Shown piece after piece: positions 12,701-23,719 of a stretch of DNA of 64,000 nt. Every line of letters begins with the position of its first letter. Within the stretch, counting starts at the first letter, position 1. This DNA comes from Eledone cirrhosa (taxonomy: Eukaryota): contig OZ024741.1 in the NCBI GenBank assembly GCA_964016885.1, positions 247,938,001 to 248,002,000 of the forward strand, given 5' to 3'. The notes under the pieces are model-generated. The model saw only the letters and a list, made by a program, of their open reading frames with translations. It was not told the DNA's origin and searched no databases. A program made the translations under genes and the position numbers.

Positions 12701-15370
12701 AAAATATGTCTCCTTGGACGGCTGGATATTATCTCCCCTTGGACGGCTGGAAATTATCTCCCCTTGGACGGCTGAAAATTATCTCCCCTTGATTTTTTTT
12801 ACAAATTATCTCCCCCTGATTTTTTTTTACAAATTATCTCCCCCTGATTTTTGTTTACAAATTATCTCCGCCTAATTTTTTTAAAAAATTATCTCCCCTT
12901 GGACGGCTGGAAATTATCTCCCCTTGGACGGATAGAAATTACCTCTCCTTGGACGGCTGAAAATTATCTCCCCTTTGACGGCTGGAAATTATCTCCCCTT
13001 GATTTTTTTACAAATTATCTGCCCCTGATTTTTTTTTTACAAATTATCTCCCCCTGATTTTTTTTTACAAATTATCTACCCCTGATTTTTTTTTACAAAT
13101 TATCTCCCCCTGATTTTTTTTACAAATTATCTCCCCCTGATTTTTTTTTTACAAATTATCTCCCCCTGATTTTTTTACAAATTATCTCCCCCTGATTTTT
13201 TTTATAAATTATCTCCGCCTGATTTTTTTAAATATTATCTCTCCTTGGCTGGCGGGAAATTATCTCCCCTTGGACGGCTGGAAATTATCTCCCCTTGGAA
13301 GGATGGAAATTATCTCCCCTTGGACGGCTGGAAATTATCTACCCCTGATTTTTTTTACAAATTATCTCCCCCTGATTTTTTTTACAAATTATCTCCCCCT
13401 GATTTTTTTTACAAATTATCTACCCCTGATTTTTTTTACAAATTATCTCCCCCTGATTTTTTTTACAAATTATCTCCCCCTGATTTTTTTTTTACAAATT
13501 ATCTCACCCTGATTTTTTTACAAATTATCTCCCCCTGATTTTTTTTACAAATTATCTCCGCCTGATTTTTTTAAATATTATCTTCCCTTGGCTGGCGGGA
13601 AATTATCTCCCCTTGAAGGGCTGAAAATTATCTCCCCTTGGACGGCTGGAAATTATCTCCCCTTGATTTTTTTTACAAATTATCTCCCCCTGATTTTTTT
13701 TTACAAATTATCTCCCCCTGATTTTTTTTACAAATTATCTCCCCCTGATTTTTTTTTACAAATTATCTGCCGCTGATTTTTTTTACAAATTATCTCCCCC
13801 TGATTTTTTTACAAATTATCTCCCCTTGGCTGGCTGGAAATTACCTCCCCTTGGAGGCTGGAATTTATCTCCCCTTGGACGGCTAGAAATTACCTCTCCT
13901 TGGACGGCTGGAAAATATGTCTCCTTGGACGGCTGGATATTATCTCCCCTTGGACGGCTGGAAATTATCTCCCCTTGGACGGCTGGAAATTATCTCCCCT
14001 TGGACGGATAGATATTACCTCCCCTTGGACGGCTGGAAATTATCTCCCCTTGATTTTTTTTACAAATTATCTCCCCCTGATTTTTTTTTACAAATTATCT
14101 CCCCCTGATTTTTTTTTACAAATTATCTCCCCCTGATTTTTTTTTTACAAATTATCTCCGCTTGATTTTTTAAAAAAATTATCTCCCCTTGGACGGCTGG
14201 AAATTATCTCCCCATGGACGGCTGGAAATTATCTCCCCTTGGACGGCTAGAAATTATCTCTCCTTGGACGGCTGAAAATTATCTCCCCTTGGACGGCTGC
14301 AAATTATCTCCCCTTGATTTTTTTTATAAATTATCTCCCCCTGATTTTTTTTACAAATTATCTCCCCCTGATTTTTTTTACAAATCTCCCAGTGATTTTT
14401 TTAAAAAAATTATCTCCCCTTGGACGGCTGGAAATTATCTCCCCTTGGACGGCTGGAAATTATCTCGCCTTGGACGGCTAGAATTTACCTCTCCTTGGAC
14501 GGCTGAAAATTATCTCCCCTTGGACGGCTGGAAATTATCTCCCCTTGATTTTTTTTACAAATTATCTCCCCCTGATTTTTTTTTACAAATTATCTCCCCC
14601 TGATTTTTTTTTACAAATTATCTCCCCCTGATTTTTTTTTACAAATTATCTCCCCCTGATTTTTTTTACAAATTATCTCCCCCCTGATTTTTTTACAAAT
14701 TATCTCCCCTTGGCTGGCTGGAAATTATCTCCCCTTGGAGGCTGGAACTTATCTCCCCTTGGACGGCTAGAAATTATCTCTCTTTGGACGGCTGGAAATT
14801 ATCACCCCTTGAGTTTTTTACAAATTATCTCCCCCTGATTTTTTTTACAAATCTCCCAGTGATTTTTAAAAAAAAATTATCTCCCCTTCGCTGGCTGGAA
14901 ATTATCTCCCCTTGGACGCTGGAAATTATAGCCCCTTGGAGGGCTTGAAATTATCTTCCCTTGGACGGCTGGAAATTATCTCTCCTTGGACGGCTAGAAT
15001 TTACCTCTCCTTGGACGGCTGAAAATTATCTCCCCTTGGACGGCTGGAAATTATCTCCCCTTGATTTTTTTTACAAATTATCTCCCCCTGATTTTTTTTT
15101 ACGAATTATCTCCCCCTGATTTTTTTTTACAAATTATCTCCCCCTGATTTTTTTTTACAAATTATCTCCCCCTGATTTTTTTTACAAATTATCTCCCTCT
15201 GATTTTTTTACAAATTATCTCCCCTTGGCTGGCTGGAAATTATCTCCCCTAGGAGGCTGGAACTTATCTCCCCTTGGACGGCTAGAAATTACCTCTCTTT
15301 GGACGGCTGGAAAATATGTATCCTTGGACGGCTGGATATTATCTCCCCTTGGACGGCTGGAAATTATCTC
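790..15370 (+). repeat. Higher-order repeat, period 5,203 bp (about 2.7 copies)
   Basis: Identical ORF-track items recur at exactly +5,203: 2839/8042/13245, 3182/8385/13588, 3808/9011/14214, 5582/10785, 6761/11964. Upstream of the 636-bp duplication the offset is 5,839 (922/6761, 1573/7412). The pattern ends near 15,370, where an A run switches to the GAAGGATGG module. Confidence 0.95.
1995..3305 (+). repeat. 636-bp local tandem duplication inside the first 5,203-bp unit
   Basis: ORFs 2203/2839 and 2228/2864 are offset by 636. Both copies carry the private variant GGCGGTAAATT (about 2214 and 2850), whereas the homologous sites near 8053 and 13256 read GGCGGGAAATT. Confidence 0.93.
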
Positions 15371-18300
15371 CCCTTGGAAGGATGGAAATTATCTCCCCTT
15401 GGACGGCTAGAAATTATCTCTCTTTGGACGGCTGGAAATTATCACCCCTTGAGTTTTTTACAAATTATCTCCCCCTGATTTTTTTTACAAATCTCCCAGT
15501 GATTTTTTAAAAAAAATTATCTCCCCTTCGCTGGCTGGAAATTATCTCCCCTTGGACGCTGGAAATTATAGCACCTTGGAGGGCTGGAAATTATCTTCCC
15601 TTGGACGGCTGGAAATTATCTCCCCTTGATTTTTTTTACAAATTATCTCCCCCTGATTTTTTTTTACAAATTATCTCCCCCTGATTTTTTTTACAACTTA
15701 TCTGCGCCTGATTTTTTTAAAAAAATTATCTCCCCTTGGACGGCTGGAAATTATCTCCCCTTGGACGGCTGGAAATTATCTCTCCTTGGACGGCTAGAAT
15801 TTACCTCTCCTTGGACGGCTGAAAATTATCTCCCCTTGGACGGCTGGAAATTATCTCCCCTTGATTTTTTTTACAAATTATCTCCCCCTGATTTTTTTTT
15901 ACAAATTATCTCCCCCTGATTTTTTTTACAAATTATCTCCCCCTGATTTTTTTTTACAAATTATCTCCCCCTGATTTTTTTTACAAATTATCTCCCCCTG
16001 ATTTTCTTACAAATTATCTCCCCTTGGCTGGCTGGAAATTATCTCCCCTTGGAGGCTGGAACTTATGTCCCCTTGGACGGCTAGAAATTACCTCTCCTTG
16101 GACGGCTGGATGATATGTCTCCTTGGACGGCTGGATATTATCTCCCCTTGGACGGCTGGAAATTATCTCCCCTTGGACGGCTGGAAATTATCTCCCATTG
16201 GATGGCTAGATATTACCTCCCCTTGGACGGCTGGAAATTATCTCCCCTTGATTTTTTTTACAAATTATCTCCCCCTGATTTTTTTTACAAATTATCTCCC
16301 CCTGATTTTTTTTTACAAATTATCTCCGCCTGATTTTTTTTTAAATATTATCTTCCCTTGGCTGGCTGGAAATTATCTCCCCTTGGACGGCTAGAAATTA
16401 CCTCTCCTTGGACGGCTGGAAATTATCTCCCCTTGGACGGCTGGAAATTATCTCCCCTTGGACGGATAGATATTACCTCCCCTTGGACGGCTGGAAATTA
16501 TCTCCCCTTGATTTTTTTACAAATTATCTCCCCCTGATTTATTTTACAAATCTCCCAATGATTTTTAAAAAAAAATTATCTCCCCTTCGCTGGCTGGAAA
16601 TTATCTCCCCTTGGACGCTGGAAATTATCTCCCCTTGGACGGCTGAAAATTATCTCCCCTTGGACGGCTGGAAATTATCTCCCCTTGATTTTTTTTACAA
16701 ATTATCTCCCCCTGATTTTTTTTTACAAATTATCTCCGCCTGATTTTTTTTACAAATTATCTCCCCCTGATTTTTTTTTACAAATTATCTCCCCCTGATT
16801 TTTTTACAAATTATCTCCCCCTGATTTTTTTTACAAATTATCTCCGCCTGATTTTTTAAAATATTATCTTCCCTTGGCTGGCGGGAAATTATCTCCCCTT
16901 GGACGGCTGGAAATTATCTGCCCTTGATTTTCTTTTTACAAATTATCTTCCACTGATTTTTTTTACAAATTATCTCCACCTGATTTTTTAAAAAATTATC
17001 TCCCCTTGGACGGCTGGAAATTATCTCCCCTTGGAAGGCTGGAAATTATCTCTCCTTGGACGGCTAGAATTTACCTCTCCTTGGACGGCTGAAAATTATC
17101 TCCCCTTGGACGGCTGGAAATTATCTCCCCTTGATTTTTTTTACAAATTATCTCCCCCTGATTTTTTTTTACAAATTATCTCCCCCTGATTTTTTTTTAC
17201 AAATTATCACCCCCTGATTTTTTTTTACAAATTATCTCCCCCTGATTTTTTTTACAAATTATCTCCCCCTGATTTTTTTACAAATTATCTCCCCTTGGCT
17301 GGCTGGAAATTATCTCCCCTTGGAGGCTGGAACTTATCTCCCCTTGGACGGCTAGAAATTACCTCTCCTTGGACGGCTGGAAAATATGTCTCCTTGGACG
17401 GCTGGATATTATCTCCCCTTGGACGGCTGGAAATTATCTCCCCTTGGACGGCTGGAAATTATCTCCCCTTGGATGGCTAGATATTACCTCCCCTTGGACG
17501 GCTGGAAATTATCTCCCCTTGATTTTTTTACAAATTATCTCCCCCTGATTTTTTTTTACAAATTATCTCCCCCTGATTTTTTTTTACAAATTATCTCCCC
17601 CTGATTTTTGTTTACAAATTATCTCCGCCTGATTTTTTTTTTAAAATTATCTCCCCTTGGACGGCTGGAAATTATCTCCCCTTGGACGGCTAGAAATTAC
17701 CTCTCCTTGGACGGCTGAAAATTATCTCCCCTTGGACGGCTGGAAATTATCTCCCCTTGATTTTTTTACAAATTATCTCCCCCTGATTTTTTTTTTACAA
17801 ATTATCTCCCCCTGATTTTTTTTTACAAATTATCTACCCCTGATTTTTTTTTACAAATTATCTACCCCTGATTTTTTTTACAAATTATCTCCCCCTGATT
17901 TTTTTTACAAATTATCTCCCCCTGATTTTTTTTTTACAAATTATCTCCCCCTGATTTTTTTACAAATTATCTCCCCTTGATTTTTTTTACAACTTATCTG
18001 CGCCTGATTTTTTTTAAAAAATTATCTCCCCTTGGACGGCTGGAAATTATCTCCCCTTGGACGGCTGGAAATTATCTCTCCTTGGACGGCTAGAATTTAC
18101 CTCTCCTTGGACGGCTGAAAATTATCTCCCCTTGGACGGCTGGGAATTATCTCCCCTTGATTTTTTTACAAATTATCTCCCCCTGATTTTTTTTTACAAA
18201 TTATCTCCCCCTGATTTTTTTTTACAAATTATCTCCCCCTGATTTTTTTTTACAAATTATCTCCCCCTGATTTTTTTACAAATTATCTCCCCTTGGCTGG

Positions 18301-19199
18301 CTGGAAATTATCTCCCCTTGGAGCCTGGAACTTATGTCCCCTTGGACGGCTAGAAATTACCTCTCCTTGGACGGCTGGAAAATATGTCTCCTTGGACGGC
18401 TGGATATTATCTCCCCTTGGAGGGCTGGAAATTATCTCCCCTTGGACGGCTGGAAATTATCTCCCCTTGGATGGCTAGATATTACCTCCCCTTGGACGGC
18501 TGGAAATTATCTCCCCTTGATTTTTTTTACAAATTATCTCCCCCTGATTTTTTTTTACAAATTATCTCCCCCTGATTTTTTTTTACAAATTATCTCCCCC
18601 TGATTTTTGTTTACAAATTATCTCCGCCTATTTTTTTAAAAAAATTATCTCCCCTTGGACGGCTGGAAATTATCTCCCCTTGGACGGCTAGAAATTACCT
18701 CTCCTTGGACGGCTGAAAATTATCTCCCCTTGGACGGCTGGAAATTATCTCCCCTTGATTTTTTTACAAATTATCTCCCCCTGATTTTTTTTTTACAAAT
18801 TATCTCCCCCTGATTTTTTTTTTTACAAATTATCTCCCCCTGATTTTTTTACAAATTATCTCCCCCTAATTTTTTTTACAAATTATCTCCGCCTGATTTT
18901 TTTAAATATTATCTCTCCTTGGCTGGCGGGAAATTATCTCACCTTGGACGGCTGGAAATTATCTCCCCTTGGAAGAATGGAAATTATCTCCCCTTGGACG
19001 GCTGGAAATTATCTACCCCTGATTTTTTTTACAAATTATCTCCCCCTGATTTTTTTTACAAATTATCTCCCCCTGATTTTTTTTTACAAATTATCTACCC
19101 CTGATTTTTTTTACAAATTATCTCCCCCTGATTTTTTTTACAAATTATCTCCCCCTGATTTTTTTTTACAAATTATCTACCCCTGATTTTTTTTACAAA

Positions 19200-21320
19200 T
19201 TATCTCCCCCTGATTTTTTTTTACAAATTATCTCCCCCTGATTTTTTTACAAATTATCTCCCCCTGATTTTTTTTACAATCTCCGCCTGATTTTTTAAAA
19301 AATTATCTTCTCTTGGCTGGCTGGAAATTATCTCCCCTTGGACACTGGAAATTATAGCCACTTGGAGGGCTGGAAATTATCTTCCCTTGGACGGCTGGAA
19401 ATTATCTCCCCTTGATTTTTTTTACAAATTATCTCCGCCTGATTTTTTTTTACAAATTATCTCCCCCTGATTTTTTTTTACAAATTATCTACCCCTGATT
19501 TTTTTTTACAAATTATCTCCCCCTGATTTTTTTTACAAATTATCTCCCCCTGATTTCTCTTTTACAAATTATCTCCCCCTGATTTTTTTACAAATTATCT
19601 CCCCCTGATTTTTTTTACAAATTATCTCCGCCTGATTTTTTTAAATATTATCTTCCCTTGGCTGGCGGGAAATTATCTCCCCTTGGACGGCTGGAAATTA
19701 TCTACCCTTGATTTTCTTTTTACAAATTATCTTCCACTGATTTTTTTTACAAATTATCTCCACCTGATTTTTTAAAAAATTATCTCCCCTTGGAAGGCTG
19801 GAAATTATCTCCCCTTGGCTGGAAATTATCTCCCCTTGGACGGCTAGAAATTATCTCTCTTTGGACGGCTGGAAATTATCACCCCTTGAGTTTTTTACAA
19901 ATTATCTCCCCCTGATTTTTTTACAAATTATCTCCCCCTGATTTTTTTTACAAATTATCTCCGCCTGATTTTTTTAAATATTATCTTCCCTTGGCTGGCG
20001 GGAAATTATCTCCCCTTGGACGGCTGAAAATTATCTCCTCTTGGACGGCTGGAAATTATCTCCCCTTGATTTTTTTTACAAATTATCTCCCCCTGATTTT
20101 TTTTTACAAATTATCTCCCCCTGATTTTTTTACAAATTATCTCCCCCGATTTTTTTTTACAAATTATCTCCCCCTGATTTTTTTTACAAATTATCTCCCT
20201 CTGATTTTTTTACAAATTATCTCCCCTTGGCTGGCTGGAAATTATCTCCCCTTGGACGGCTAGAAATTACCTCTCCTTGGACGGCTGGAAAATATGTCTC
20301 CTTGGACGGCTGGATATTATCTCCCCTTGGACGGCTGGAAATTATCTCCCCTTGGACGGCTGGAAATTATCTCCCCTTGGACGGATATATATTACCTCCC
20401 CTTGGACGGCTGGAAATTATCTCCCCTTGATTTTTTTACAAATTATCTCCCCCTGATTTATTTTACAAATCTCCCAATGATTTTTAAAAAAAAATTATCT
20501 CCCCTTCGCTGGCTGGAAATTATCTCCCCTTGGACGCTGGAAATTATATCCCCTTGGAGGGCTGGAAATTATCTTCCCTTGGACGGCTGGAAATTATCTC
20601 CCCTTGATTTTTTTTACAAATTATCTCCCCCTGATTTTTTTTACAAATTATCACCCCCTGATTTTTTTTACAAATTATCTACCCCTGATTTTTTTTACAA
20701 ATTATCTCCCCCTGATTTTGTTTTACAAATTATCTCCCCCTGATTTTTTTTTACAAATTATCTCCCCCTGATTTTTTTACAAATTATCTCCCCCTGATTT
20801 TTTTTACAATCTCCGCCTGATTTTTTTAAAAATTATCTTCTCTTGGCTGGCTGGAAATTATCTCCCCTTGGACACTGGAAATTATAGCCACTTGGAGGGC
20901 TGGAAATTATCTTCCCTTGGACGGCTGGAAATTATCACCCCTTGATTTTTTTTACAAATTATCTCCGCCTGATTTTTTTTTACAAATTATCTCCCCCTGA
21001 TTTTTTTTTACAAATTATCTAACCCTGATTTTTTTTTACAAATTATCTCCCCCTGATTTTTTTTACAAATTATCTCCCCCTGATTTCTCTTTTACAAATT
21101 ATCTCCCCCTGATTTTTTTACAAATTATCTCCCCCTGATTTTTTTTACAAATTATCTCCGCCTGATTTTTTTAAATATTATCTTCCCTTGGCTGGCGGGA
21201 AATTATCTCCCCTTGGACGGCTGGAAATTATCTACCCTTGATTTTCTTTTTACAAATTATCTTCCACTGATTTTTTTTACAAATTATCTCCACCTGATTT
21301 TTTAAAAAATTATCTCCCCT
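19200..21320 (+). repeat. About 600-bp segment duplicated at a 1,530-bp offset (about 19200-19790 and 20730-21320)
   Basis: Shared rare markers ACAATCTCCGCC, TCTTCTCTTGG, GACACTGG, TATAGCCACTT, GATTTCTCTTTTAC and TCTTCCACTG occur in the same order at 19261 onward and 20791 onward. Confidence 0.88.
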
Positions 21321-23092
21321 TGGACGGCTGGAAATTATCACCCCTTGAGCTTTTTACAAATTATCTCCCCCTGATTTTTTTTACAAATCTCCCTGTGATT
21401 TTTTAAAAAAAATTATCTCCCCTTCGCTGGCTGGAAATTATCTCCCCTTGGACGCTGGAAATTATAGCCCCTTGGAGGGCTGGAAATTATCTTCCCTTGG
21501 ACGGCTGGAAATTATCTCCCCTTGATTTTTTTTACAAATTATCTCCCCCTGATTTTTTTTTACAAATTATCTCCCCCTGATTTTTTTTACAACTTATCTG
21601 CGCCTGATTTTTTTTTAAAAATTATCTCCCCTTGGACGGCTGGAAATTATCTCCCCTTGGACGGCTGGTAATTATCTCTCCTTGGACGGCTAGAATTTAC
21701 CTCTCCTTGGACGGCTGAAAATTATCTCCCCTTGGACGGCTGGAAATTATCTCCCCTTGATTTTTTTTACAAATTATCTCCCCCTGATTTTTTTTTACAA
21801 ATTATCTCCCCCTGATTTTTTTTTACAAATTATCTCCCCCTGATTTTTTTTTACAAATTATCTACCCCTGATTTTTTTTTACAAATTATCTCCCCTTGGC
21901 TGGCTGGAAATTATCTCCCCTTGGAGGCTGGAACTTATCTCCCCTTGGACGGCTAGAAATTACCTCTCCTTGGACGGCTGGAAAATATGTCTCCTTGGAC
22001 GGCTGGATATTATCTCCCCTTGGACGGCTGGAAATTATCTCCCCTTGGACGGCTGAAAATTATCTCCCCTTGATTTTTTTTACAAATTATCTCCCCCTGA
22101 TTTTTTTTTACAAATTATCTCCCCCTGATTTTTGTTTACAAATTATCTCCGCCTGATTTTTTAAAAAAATTATCTCCCCTTGGACGGCTGGAAATTATCT
22201 CCCCTTGGACGGATAGAAATTACCTCTCCTTGGACGGCTGAAAATTATCTCCCCTTTGACGGCTGGAAATTATCTCCCCTTGATTTTTTTACAAATTATC
22301 TCCCCCTGATTTTTTTTTTACAAATTATCTCCCCCTGATTTTTTTTTACAAATTATCTACCCCTGATTTTTTTTTACAAATTATCTCCCCCTGATTTTTT
22401 TTACAAATTATCTCCCCCTGATTTTTTTTTACAAATTATCTCCTCCTGATTTTTTTACAAATTATCTCCCCCTGATTTTTTTTACAAATTATCTCCGCCT
22501 GATTTTTTTAAATATTATCTCTCCTTGGCTGGCGGGAAATTATCTCCCCTTGGACGGCTGAAAATTATCTCCCCTTGGAAGGATGGAAATTATCTCCCCT
22601 TGGACGGCTGGAAATTATCTACCCCTGATTTTTTTTACAAATTATCTCCCCCTGATTTTTTTTACAAATTATCTCCCCCTGATTTTTTTTACAAATTATC
22701 TACCCCTGATTTTTTTTACAAATTATCTCCCCCTGATTTTTTTTACAAATTATCTCCCCCTGATTTTTTTTTTACAAATTATCTCACCCTGATTTTTTTA
22801 CAAATTATCTCCCCCTGATTTTTTTTACAAATTATCTCCGCCTGATTTTTTTAAATATTATCTTCCCTTGGCTGGCGGGAAATTATCTCCCCTTGAAGGG
22901 CTGAAAATTATCTCCCCTTGGACGGCTGGAAATTATCTCCCCTTGATTTTTTTTACAAATTATCTCCCCCTGATTTTTTTTTACAAATTATCTCCCCCTG
23001 ATTTTTTTTACAAATTATCTCCCCCTGATTTTTTTTTACAAATTATCTGCCGCTGATTTTTTTTACAAATTATCTCCCCCTGATTTTTTTAC

Positions 23093-23541
23093 AAATTATC
23101 TCCCCTTGGCTGGCTGGAAATTACCTCCCCTTGGAGGCTGGAATTTATCTCCCCTTGGACGGCTAGAAATTACCTCTCCTTGGACGGCTGGAAAATATGT
23201 CTCCTTGGACGGCTGGATATTATCTCCCCTTGGACGGCTGGAAATTATCTCCCCTTGGACGGCTGGAAATTATCTCCCCTTGGACGGATAGATATTACCT
23301 CCCCTTGGACGGCTGGAAATTATCTCCCCTTGGACGGCTGGAAATTATCTCCCCATGGACGGCTGGAAATTATCTCCCCTTGGACGGCTAGAAATTATCT
23401 CTCCTTGGACGGCTGAAAATTATCTCCCCTTGGACGGCTGGAAATTATCTCCCGTTGGACGGCTGGAAATTATCTCGCCTTGGACGGCTAGAATTTACCT
23501 CTCCTTGGACGGCTGAAAATTATCTCCCCTTGGACGGCTGG
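23093..23541 (+). repeat. Longest pure type-A run seen (18 monomers)
   Basis: 18 consecutive A monomers with no poly-T unit. Their markers (GGATAG, CCCCATGG, CTCGCC) match three A runs that are separated by B runs at 3410-4130. Confidence 0.9.
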
Positions 23542-23719
23542 AAATTATCTCCCCTTGATTTTTTTTACAAATTATCTCCCCCTGATTTTTTTTTACAAAT
23601 TATCTCCCCCTGATTTTTTTTTACAAATTATCTCCCCCTGATTTTTTTTTACAAATTATCTCCCCCTGATTTTTTTTACAAATTATCTCCCCCCTGATTT
23701 TTTAACAAATTATCTCCCC

